Assembly (NCBI GenBank): GCA_950097015.1
Contig: CATNEN010000013.1
Location: forward strand, 806,001 to 870,000
From: Macrostomum hystrix
Lineage: Eukaryota; Animalia; Platyhelminthes
Direction: 5' to 3'
Length of the DNA stretch: 64,000 nucleotides
The position numbers were made by a program, and so were the translations under genes. The notes under the pieces were generated by a model, which searched no databases, was not told where the DNA came from, and saw nothing but the letters and a program-made list of their open reading frames with translations. Each line of letters begins with the position of its first letter. Position 1 is the first letter of the stretch. Of the stretch, positions 50,585 through 62,500 are shown piece by piece.

Positions 50585-51800
50585 GATGGAGTGATAAAGA
50601 ACTGTGCTGGAGTGATACAGAACTGTGTTGGACTGATACAGAACTGTGTTGGACTGATACAGAACTGTGTTGGACTGATACAGAACTGTGTTGGACTGAT
50701 ACAGAACTGTGTTGGAGTGATACAGAACTGTGTTGACTGGAGTGACTGGAGTGACTGGAGTGACTGGAGGGATTGGAGTGATACAGAACTGTGTTGACTG
50801 GAGTGACTGAAGTGACTGGAGTGATACAGAACTGTGTTGGAGTGATACAGAACTGTGTTGACTGGAGTGACTGGAGTGACTGGAGTGACTGGAGGGATTG
50901 GAGTGATACAGAACTGTGTTGACTGGAGTGACTGAAGTGACTGGAGTGATACAGAACTGTGTTGAATGGAGTGACTGGAGTGACTGGAGTGATACAGAAC
51001 TGTGTTGACTGGAGTGCTGGAGTGACTGGAGTGATACAGAACTGTGTTGACTGGAGTGACTGGAGTGACTGGAGTGATACAGAACTGTGTTGACTGGAGT
51101 GCTGGAGTGACTGGAGTGATACAGAACTGTGTTGACTGGAGTGACTGGAGTGACTGGAGTGATACAGAACTGTGTTGACTGGAGTGACTGGAGTGATTGG
51201 AGTGATACAGAACTGTGTTGACTGGAGTGACTGGAGTGATACAGAACTGTGTTGACTGGAGTGACTGAAGTGACTGGAGTGATACAGAACTGTGTTGAAT
51301 GGAGTGACTGGAGTGACTGGAGTGATACAGAACTGTGTTGACTGGAGTGCTGGAGTGACTGGAGTGATACAGAACTGTGTTGACTGGAGTGACTGGAGTG
51401 ACTGGAGTGATACAGAACTGTGTTGACTGGAGTGCTGGAGTGACTGGAGTGATACAGAACTGTGTTGACTGGAGTGACTGGAGTGACTGGAGTGATACAG
51501 AACTGTGTTGACTGGAGTGACTGGAGTGATTGGAGTGATACAGAACTGTGTTGACTGGAGTGACTGGAGTGATACAGAACTGTGTTGACTGGAGTGACTG
51601 GAGTGATTGGAGTGATACAGAACTGTGTTGACTGGAGTGACTGGAGTGATTGGAGTGATACAGAACTGTGTTGACTGGAGTGACTGGAGTGATTGGAGTG
51701 ATACAGAACTGTGTTGACTGGAGTGACTGGAGTGACTGGAGTGACGAGTGACTGGAGTGACTGGAGTGACTGGAGTGATACAGAACTGTGTTGACTGGCG
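50585..51800. repeat. Composite minisatellite of 25-bp (GAGTGATACAGAACTGTGTTGACTG) and 9-bp (GAGTGACTG) modules
   Basis: Interspersed modules seen directly. Confidence 0.92.
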
Positions 51801-52514
51801 CTGTTTGCCATGGCTTTAAACAGTTTGCTATCCTATATTCGTATGGACGATTACGAAATGTTACAAACACCCAATATTTTAACACGATACAATATTGGCC
51901 TTAAGTTTAAAGAGGCCTTTATTTAAGCTTCGGTTATAAAAAATGTTCTTTTTTGTAACTGAAACTTTTTTGCCACATTTTCCAGTGCAAACGAAACTAT
52001 GACAGAGGGTTGTTGCCACGCTCAATAGGTTTGATAAGCTGGGGCAGTGTGTGGGACGCCCATCAGCTATGGGCACATCCCGTGTTTGCTCACAGTTTGA
52101 GTAGGCTAGGCTCACACTGAGCTGGTATTGCGTCATGAGCCCGGGTGTAAATGACACAAACATCATTGGGCATTGAGCGCTGTCGAGTCGGTTTTTAAAA
52201 CTAATGCGGCTGCTTGTTAGTCGCGGTAGGGACAAGAGGTCTCAGCGGATTCTCAAGTGGCTCACATCCCAAACGCAATGGAGAAGTGACAGATGCGACA
52301 CTCGGGCTATCACTTTAGCGTGAGCAACAACACACCCTCCGTGTCTTTAATGCTCACATCTAGCTCCCTGTGTAGCATTGTCCACGACTTGCGATAATGA
52401 TGAAATGTGAGAAATGTCACTGCTCAGGAATCCTGCACCCGTGAATTCCCGACTCTTCGTCTATTCAATACCAATCTAGGGAGATTTCGATATGGAGAAT
52501 TCCTCCAGAGATGG

Positions 52515-54005
52515 GAGGTTGGGGTCTAATGCGCTTGCATTATGCACCGAGGTCCCTGAGCTCGATTCCGCGGCGAAGCCACACTCATTTGGGGCGCAGC
52601 TGCGGAGAGAAGGCTTGGGGATAAAGGGATGATTGGAGATGGGATAATGGAAGATCAGACTGTCTCTGATGGGATAATGGGAAGATTGGAGTGTCTCTGA
52701 TGGGATAATGGGAAGAATGGAGTGTCTCTGATGGGATAATGGGAAGATTGGAGTGTCTCTGATGGGATAATGGGAAGAGTGGAGTGTCTCTGATGGGATA
52801 ATGGGAAGAGTGGAGTGTCTCTGATGGGATAATGGGAAGATTGGAGTGTCTCTGATGGGATAATGGGAAGAATGGAGTGTCTCTGATGGGATAATGGGAA
52901 GAGTGGAGTGTCTCTGATGGGATAATGGGAAGAGTGGAGTGTCTCTGATGGGATAATGGGAAGATTGGAGTGTCTCTGATGGGATAATGGGAAGAATGGA
53001 GTGTCTCTGATGGGATAATGGGAAGAGTGGAGTGTCTCTGATGGGATAATGGGAAGAGTGGAGTGTCTCTGATGGGATAATGGGAAGATTGGAGTGTCTC
53101 TGATGGGATAATGGGAAGAGTGGAGTGTCTCTGATGGGATAATGGGAAGAATGGAGTGTCTCTGATGGGATAATGGGAAGATTGGAGTGTCTCTGATGGG
53201 ATTATGGGAAGAATGGAGTGTCTCTGATGGGATAATGGGAAGAGTGGAGTGTCTCTGATGGGATAATGGGAAGAGTGGAGTGTCTCTGATGGGATGATGG
53301 GAAGATTGGAGTGTCTCTGATGGGATAATGGGAAGAGTGGAGTGTCTCTGATGGGATAATGGGAAGAATGGAGTGTCTCTGATGGGATAATGGGAAGAGT
53401 GGAGTGTCTCTGATGGGATAATGGGAAGAGTGGAGTGTCTCTGATGGGATGATGGGAAGATTGGAGTGTCTCTGATGGGATAATGGGAAGAGTGGAGTGT
53501 CTCTGATGGGATGATGGGAAGAGTGGAGTGTCTCTGATGGGATGATGGGAAGATTGGAGTGTCTCTGATGGGATAATGGGAAGATTGGAGTGTCTCTGAT
53601 GGGATAATGGGAAGATTGGAGTGTCTCTGATGGGATAATGGGAAGAGTGGCGTGTCTCTGATGGGATAATGGGAAGATTGGAGTATCTCTGATGTGATAA
53701 TGGGAAGAGTGGATTGTCTCTGATGGGATGATGGGAAGATTGGAGTGTCTCTGATGGGATAATGGGAAGACCAGACGGTGTCTGATGTGGCTTCTCGTGC
53801 AATTTACGCCACAGAGTGCCAACCTCCAAGGCACAGTGAAAGTGCGCACTGCCTGACGATAGTCCGGGCAGATGTATACTCCTGTGTGAGTGTGTGCTCA
53901 GGAGTCAGCGAAATGGGCAGAATTGCCTTCTCGATGGCTGCGGGTCTAGTGTCAGCAAATAATGTGCCATTGCCCGCAGCCCTGCTAGGAATAATCATAA
54001 ATTAT
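52515..54005 (+). mobile_element. tRNA-derived SINE (family 1) interrupted by a 31-bp minisatellite array
   Basis: 5' part ~52515-52620 (GCACCGAGGTCCCTGAGCTCGATTCC..TTTGGGGCGCAGCTGCGGAGAGA) matches the 46.3-kb copy; 3' part ~53780-54005 (GCCAACCTCCAAGGC..CTCAGGAGTCAGCGAAATGGGCAGAATTGCC..GCCCGCAGCCCT) matches the 48.4-kb copy. Confidence 0.7.
52625..53770 (+). repeat. 31-bp minisatellite (GATGGGATAATGGGAAGATTGGAGTGTCTCT)n inside a SINE
   Basis: GAAGA at 52681, 52712 and onward. Confidence 0.95.
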
Positions 54006-55234
54006 ATTTAGTATTCATTTGCAAATTAATTTGCTATCCCTCTTCAGCTCTTATATTTACATAGCATCTTCTTGAGTTGCAAGTGTACTAGCTAAGCCTA
54101 AAAAGTGTTTTTATTGTCGGACTCATAAAAAACTGGAGCAAACATCAAACACTGCCGGCTGAGACGCCCGGAACATCTGGCTATAGAGGAGAAAGTTTTG
54201 GGGATTTGCCTGTGATCCAGGCTCAACTCACTATGGGGAGGAGGGGTGTAGTCGGCAATCGGTGAGGCGTTATGGACAGACTCGAAGGGGATAAAAATCC
54301 TCTCAGACTGGCGAGTGGGATGTGAAATATGGCTGGTTTATGATCCCGCTAGACTCATATCCTGCCCCACTTCCCCGGCCTTTCTTAAGGGTTATGACAC
54401 AAGGAAGAAAGTGAGCAGCCTGAGCATTAGGGAGAGTCTGTTGATCCATCTTCCCGGGATCGCATGAGCAGAAAAATTCGCAGCCTGGGCTTCAATTTCC
54501 TAGCTCAATCTGGTACAGGCAAAGGGTGCTGCTTTGAGTTTGGAGATCGTTGCTAATGTAATCACTGCCTGTGCGCTGCGGGGGAAAATCCGGAAAACAT
54601 TTTCTCCCCAATATTGCCAAGGGGATATTGGTTAGCCATATAGGCTGGCAAATGTAGCAAAGTGTCAAATTCTTACAGGCCATGCACGCGCAGCTTCCCC
54701 ATGGCAAACGATAAATGGTTCAAGAATTTTGGCAAGCAGAAAAAATCGAAATTGCGACGCAACTTGAATGTGGAATTTTTTTCAGAAACGAAGCATGGAC
54801 TGTTTGCCCTGGATTCCAGGAATCCGCGTGAATTCGGCTATCTATATGCAGGTCTTTGTCCAAAAGCATATTGTATATGCATATATAGGTGTGTTTGTTA
54901 TCCCGGTATTGTGGGATATTTCGCATGTTGGCACAGCGGGCGGTTGTCAGAATTCAACTTGGCCTAAATAGCAATGCTAGAGTGATAAAAAATGCATCAA
55001 AGGCTAATTTATGGAGACACACTCACATCAACCATCAAGGAGGTCAGGTCAATAGTGCGAAACAAAGACCTAGGTGACAGACGGACGTTTAAACTTTCGA
55101 TTCCATGCAGAACTTTTTATTATTTCAGAAGACAAACAGAACCATTGTTTTGCTGCCTGCGCACAATGAGCTAGGGTTAAGGTTAAGGAAAACTATAGAC
55201 TTAAAAGTGACACTGCACAAAAATCACCCCAAAT

Positions 55235-57330
55235 TCTCCCATTATCCCATCAGAGACACTCCATTCTTCCCATTATCCCATCAGAGACACTCCACTCTTC
55301 CCATTATCCCATCAGAGACACTCCAATCTTCCCATTATCCCATCAGAGACACTCCACTCTTCCCATTATCCCATCAGAGACACTCCACTCTTCCCATTAT
55401 CCCATCAGAGACACTCCAATCTTCCCATTATCCCATCAGAGACAGTCTGATCCTCCCATTATCCCATCAGAGACACTCCAATCTTCACATTATCCCATCA
55501 GAGACAGTCTGATCCTCCCATTATCCCATCAGAGACACTCTACTCTTCCCATTATCCCATCAGAGATACTCCACTCTTCCCATTATCCCATAGAGACACT
55601 CCAATCTTCCCATTATCCCATCAGAGACACTCCAATCTTCTCATTATCCCATCAGAGACACTCCAATCTTCCCATTATCCCATCAGAGACACTCCAATCT
55701 TCCCATTATCCCATCAGAGACACTCCAATCTTCTCATTATCCCATCAGAGACACTCCAATCTTCTCATTATCCCATCAGAGACACTCCAATCTTCTCATT
55801 ATCCCATCAGAGACACTCCAATCTTCTCATTATCCCATCAGAGACACTCCAATCTTCCCATTATCCCATCAGAGACACTCCAATCTTCTCATTATCCCAT
55901 CAGAGACACTCCAATCTTCCCATTATCCCATCAGAGACTCTCAAATCTCCCCATTATCCCATCAGAGACACCCCAAATTCTCCCATTATCCCATCAGAGA
56001 CACTCCATTCTTCCCATTATCCCATCAGAGACACTCCACTCTTCCCATTATCCCATCAGAGACACTCCAATCTTCCCATTATCCCATCAGAGACACTCCA
56101 CTCTTCCCATCATCCCATCAGAGACACTGCAATCTTCCCATTATCCCATCAGAGACACTCCAATCTTCCCATTATCCCATCAGAGACACTCCAATCTTCC
56201 CATTATCCCATCAGAAGACACTCCAATCTTCCCATTATCCCATCAGAGACACTCCACTCTTCCCATCATCCCATCAGAGACACTCCAATCTTCCCATTAT
56301 CCCATCAGAGACACTGCAATCTTCCCATTATCCCATCAGAGACACTCCAATCTTCCCATTATCCCATCAGAGACACTCCAATCTTCCCATAATCCCATCA
56401 GAGACACTCCACTCTTCCCATTATCCCATCAGAGACACTGCAATCTTCCCATTATCCCATCAGAGACACTCCAATCTTCCCATTATCCCATCAGAGACAC
56501 TCCAATCTTCCCATTATCCCATCAGAAGACACTGCAATCTTCCCATTATCCCATCAGAGACACTGCAATCTTCCCATTATCCCATCAGAGACACTCCAAT
56601 CTTCCCATTATCCCATCAGAGACACTCCACTCTTCCCATTATCCCATCAGAGACACTCCACTCTTCCCATTATCCCATCAGAGACACTCCACTCTTCCCA
56701 TTATCCCATCAGAGACACTCCAATCTTCCCATTATCCCATCAGAGACACTCCACTCTCCCCATTATCCCATCAAAGACACTCCAATCTTCCCATTATCCC
56801 ATCAGAGACTCTCAAATCTCCCCATTATCCCATCAGAGACACCCCAAATTCTCCCATTATCCCATCAGAGACACTCCAATCTTCCCATTATCCCATCAGA
56901 GACACTCCAATCTTCCCATTATCCCATCAGAAGACACTGCAATCTTCCCATTATCCCATCAGAGACACTGCAATCTTCCCATTATCCCATCAGAGACACT
57001 CCAATCTTCCCATTATCCCATCAGAGACACTCCACTCTTCCCATTATCCCATCAGAGACACTCCACTCTTCCCATTATCCCATCAGAGACACTCCACTCT
57101 TCCCATTATCCCATCAGAGACACTCCAATCTTCCCATTATCCCATCAGAGACACTCCACTCTCCCCATTATCCCATCAAAGACACTCCAATCTTCCCATT
57201 ATCCCATCAGAGACACTCCAATCTTCCATTATCCCATCAGAGACACTCCACTCTTCCCATTATCCCATCAGAGACACTCCACTCTTCCCATTATCCCATC
57301 AGAGACACTCCACTCTTCCCATTATCCCAT
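55235..57330 (-). repeat. Same 31-bp minisatellite in inverted orientation
   Basis: CCCATTATCCCATCAGAGACACTCCAATCTT is the reverse complement of the 52625-53770 unit; internal 405-bp re-duplication (variants at 56525/56930 and 56771/57176). Confidence 0.95.
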
Positions 57331-58234
57331 TGGGAAGACACAGAGGTGCATCGACCAAAGGTAATTTTCATTTCTTATCGAAAGAATATACAATTAAAGA
57401 AGTGAAAGCAGAGCTTAGGAAAAAAGAGTTATCAAGAATGAAATCTGTAATAGGAAAATAATTGCTACAAAAATCCTTCAATGGCATGTCCAAATTATGG
57501 GTCATTAGTTAGGAATATTCAGATTTCATTATTCTCTACTTGCCAAGAAAGAGCTATTTCCGCTTGTCGGAAATGGCAGGTTATATTAACACGCCTATAC
57601 TCAGGTGTTAACTAAATTGAAGGATTTTATAATAGTAATCCTTCAAAAATAATTCTGGAGAATGATTGAGTCAATCATAAATGGTTGAAACCTCATTGCG
57701 TAAAACACGGGTCTGAAAATAAAGTTTTCAAATGCCTACACTCAAACTGTAACTATGATTGAACACCCTATTATAGAATGCTGATGCATATACAGATAGA
57801 AATTTCATCTAGCTCAGTTGTTCTCATTCGAAGGCGGTGTACAGCTTTTCAGTCCATGGACAGGACAGGACCGTTCCCATTCTACAGTTCCGTAAATTAA
57901 TCCTAATTTAGTCACTAAGAAGACTTCACTCTGCATGTTACTTTTGGGATATCCGATCTGCTTAATCCATGCACATTGTGTTCAGAGGATGCTAGAGATT
58001 GTCCGTTGTCATTATTACAAACCATTTTCCCTTAAAAAATATCATTTACACTTAAGTTTTGTATTTTCTAAGCATTTTTTTTGTATTATAGGAAACTACA
58101 AGTATTATATTAGCAGTAACTTCTGAATAACAATAAAGATTTTCTTTTTGTCATTTATTATCGACAGTGGTCATTTCTGATAAAAAACGGTCATTGCTCA
58201 TCGACATTGCTCACTACCCATTGATACAGGTAAT

Positions 58235-58595
58235 TACTCATCGATACAGGTCATTACTCATCGATAATGGTCATTGTTCATCGATAATGGTCATTGTTTA
58301 TCGATACTGGTCATTGTTTATCGATAATGGTCATTGTTCATCGATAATGGTCATTGCTTATCGATAATGGTCATTGTTCATCGATAATGGTCATTGTTCA
58401 TCGATACTGGTCATTGTTAATCGATAATGGTCATTGTTCATCGAGACTGGTCATTGTTTATCGATAATGGTCATTGTTCATCGAGACTGGTCATTGTTTA
58501 TCGATAATGGTCATTGTTTATCGATAATGGTCATTGTTCATCGATACTGGTCATTGTTTATCGACAATGGTCATTGTTTATCGATAATGGTCATT
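58235..58595. repeat. 20-bp minisatellite (TCGATAATGGTCATTGTT[CT]A)n
   Basis: Direct periodicity. Confidence 0.92.
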
Positions 58596-59165
58596 TCGCG
58601 TCGGTACTGGAGATTTCATACGGTGATTTCCCCTTTCTTCCCCATATATTTCCCCTTATTCCTTCGGTTTCGCGAAAACTGAAAAAGGACAGCAAAGTAA
58701 ATCAGGCCGCTTTTATCCGCTTCTCATCTTTCTACTCTCCGGTTGTCCTCAGCTGCTCCCCCTGACACGCCGGCCAGTTTTCACGCGGTTGTTTATTAAC
58801 TTTTTTTTCTACAGCTGGCCAGAGTCAAGAGGCGGAGCGAGGATGGGGATGAAACGAAGAGTGGCTGCCCGCTCACCGCATCCCATAAATCACAATGAGC
58901 TGGCTGCTTAGTCGCTTCCCACACGGGGCGAAACTGAGGGGGGGGCCACAGCAACGGTAACAGCAGCAGCAGCTGAAATCCCCTTTGCCGATTTCCTCTT
59001 TTCTCCCTCGGGCACACCGATAGGGATGGGGATGGGGAAACGAATCAGAATCAGATTTTCTATCTCCCCAGTCTCTGATTGATGGCAAGCCGCCGCCGTT
59101 GCGAGGGTCCTTGGGAGCACCTGGCGGCGAGGAGGGATAATCCTCACCTTCCATTCTCCTCCCCT

Positions 59166-59212
59166 CCAATCAGTCGGGCGGAATCAAACAGGGAGATCCA
59201 GGGGCATATAAA
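59166..59212 (+). promoter_or_regulatory. CCAAT + GC-box + TATAAA promoter-like cassette facing the SGPL1 3' end
   Basis: CCAAT 59166-59170, GGGCGG 59176-59181, TATAAA 59207-59212 in canonical order and spacing. Confidence 0.4.
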
Positions 59213-59555
59213 GCAGACTCGGGGATCTTAAGGTGAAGTGGGGACTGATTGATGCCGAGTTGAGCAGTCAAATCGCATGTTTTACAGATTTAGTCAACCG
59301 GTGGACGAGAAGTTTTGTTATTGGTTGATTTGCTTCCAGCAAACAAAGACTTTTGAGCACCTGGGCGCTTCAGTCAGGCGAGACAACACCATTCAAGTTG
59401 TGAGTTCGGTGACACAAGAGCCAGGTTTGACACTGATTGGCTGGGAATCAAACATCGGAAATAATTGATCAATCTTTGAGCACCATATATTTATGCGGTA
59501 AAGAAAGATAGTGTTCAAAAACTAGCTTCGAACGAACAATCAGTGAGGTCACCAT

Positions 59556-62500
59556 TCACGAGTAGATTTGGTTGAAGAACTCAAGCAGGAAGTCGTCAAC
59601 GAGTTCCTTCGCCGGCACCCGCGCCACCATGCCGTAGACAGCGGCCATGCCCTTCGGCTTGATGCTCTCCGACTGCGGTTTTTGTTCATTTGTTTTTGGT
59701 GAGTAAAATATAACAAAATCCCAATCTTGCTACTTAAACCAGTAGTGACAATAGCGGACATGTCTCACTAGTATTCTTTCGATGCAGGCGCGGATGTCAG
59801 ACACAAAATCGTCCCGTCTGGCCAGGTGCTGCGGCAGCACGGTGACGTGCAGACAGTCAGGGTTCGATTCCCGCTCCATCTTCCAGCCTGCGACGTGAAA
59901 ATATTGAGGATTAGATTGACATTCTGAGTATTTAAGAAAGAATCGAGATCGTATCAGAATCCCAAATTTCAAATAACAAATCCCAAAAATGCCAAAATGC
60001 CAAATTCTAAATCCCAAATCCGAAATCTCAAATCCCAAATCCCAAATTTCAAATCCAAAATCACAACATCCCCAATCCCACTCACCCTTCTCCTCCATTA
60101 GGTCGGCCAGTACGAAAACGCTCAGCGCGGGATTGCTTGAAGCGATAGCGAAGCAGGTCATGTGCGGCGAGCCAATAATCTTTAGCGACTAGAAGAAAGA
60201 AAATATGTTTTTTTAAATGAACGCAAATATCTACTTTCAGTAGTGCAAATGGCAAAAGTAATTCGTTGCCCTTAGCTTACCCCAGTGGCTCGTATTTCTC
60301 CAGTCCAGAATTTAGTGAGCTCCATGAGGTCGCCGGCCACGCGTAGGAAGCCCTCCTGGCCCATTGTGCGCAGCGTCACCCAGGCGGTGGCCAGGTAGCC
60401 GCCAGGCCGGGTGCCCGCCATGGTCGGCGAGCCGAACAAGCCGCCAGGCCAGCCAGAGTAGGCGAACAGCTGGTGCTTGCGGAGCTCCGCGCTGCGGTAC
60501 ACGATCACGCTGGCTCCCTGGGGATTTAGATTTTGATTGGAAGCCTTTAGTTAGGGATTATTTAGGGATTCTATTCTATTTAGGGATATATCTGAAAATT
60601 TATTATTGAAAAAAGTTCCAGTTATGGAAATTACTTGATGGGAAGTTTTAAGAGTGGAAGTTTCCAGAGGGGAAGTTTCCAGAGGGGAAGTTTCCAGAGG
60701 GGAAGTTTCCAGAGGGGAAGTTTCCAGAGGGGAAGTTTCCAGAGGGGAAGTTTCCAGAGGGGATGTTTCCAGAGGGGAAGTTTCCAGAGGGGAAGTTTCC
60801 AGAGGGGAAGTTTCCAAAGAGAAAGTTTCCAGAGGGGAAGTTTCCAGAGGGGAAGTTTCCAGAGGGGAAGTTTCCAGAGGGGAAGTTTCCAGAGGGGAAG
60901 TTTCCAGAGGGGATGTTTCCAGAGGGGAAGTTTCCAGAGGGAAAGTTATGCTTGTTTTAATCAGGGAGCTTCCTTACCATGAAAAAATATAGTTTAATAG
61001 GGAATGATTTTTTCCCTTGTCTTGATAAAACTTTTTTCTCATTCAGAGGGGTTGCAGCCTAGTGCTTTCACATGGTAGCGAACCCACGACTTGAAAGTCG
61101 GGGGTTCGATCCCCGACTACACAAGAACAAGTTGTGTGTCCTTTATGAAATCCTTGCTAAAATGGGTACCTGCATCAGCTGGGTGTGGCGTCCCACAGTC
61201 CATGGACTGACCAGCCGTACACTGCCGTCAGATGCGCCGCGCAATTGCTATTTATTATATCTCGTATTATTATTTATTAGCTAGCAAAATTAAAATAGTT
61301 TAATATTATTATTCAAACCTTAGGCGCAAAGCCGTACTTGTGCAAATCGGCAGACACCGAAGTCACTTCTGGCACGCGAAAGTCAAACAACGGCACAGAG
61401 TAGCCCAGCTTCTCCACCCTGTCAAATTGGTAGTCAGTGAGTTTGATGGATTGTGTTCATTGGTCTGTCAAACAACCTCACTCCACGTCCTATCCATTTC
61501 CAGAGCTCTAATTGGCTATCAGCTCACTGTCCGATTAGCGCCTGCATAGGGTCAGGGCGCGAGGCTGGGGTTAATGTACACTAGGTGGATTGTACAAGCA
61601 AGCTTCCACTCAGCCAATCAAAGCGAGGCAGTAGAACGCTGGCCTCACCAGGGCAGCATGAAACCGCCGAAGCAGGCGTCGACGTGCAGCGGCAGGCCGA
61701 ACTCTCGGGCCACCGTGGCGTAGTCTTCCACCGGGTCAATAACGCCGTGGCAGTACTGCGGAGCTGACGCCACTAGGAGGACTGTGTCGGCTGTTACCGC
61801 GGCTCGCAGTGACGCTGCATCAGCAGTCTGACTGACAGGGTCAACAGGCACCAGGATCAGGTCCAGGCCGAAATAGTGGGCCGCCTTATTGATGGCCGGG
61901 TGCACCGTGACTGCGGCTACCTGTGCAATACAGAATCAGGGAGCGAGATCAATATATGTAGGACATAGTAGGTATATAGGTGCAAAATATCAGATGACTC
62001 TAATGTGTGCATTACTAAAGCTTTTTATCTTGTAATGCACTAACCAATGAACCTCAGGCTCAGGTGCACCAGCTAATAAATCTTATGTATACACCAAGCT
62101 TTAAACCTCAGGTGATAAACCTACGATAAAAACATCAACATATCAAGATGGTGCAACATGTCAAGTGCATCAACATAAATTTCAACTTTACACCATCTTA
62201 AAGGCATCGTATGTTCACCAACTAAAATACATCAGGTATTCACAATCTAAAGAACGTCAGGTGTACACTTTCTAGAAACCATCATGTGTACACCATCTAA
62301 AAACCAACAGGTGTACGCTATCTAAAGAACGTCAGGTGTACACAATCTAAAGAACGTCAGGTGTACACACTTTAATGACCGTCAGGTGTACACTATCTAA
62401 AGAACGTCAGGTGTACACTTTCGATAAACCATCATGTGTACACTATCTAAAAACCATCAGGAGTACGCTATCTAAAGAACGTCAGGTGTACACACTTTAA

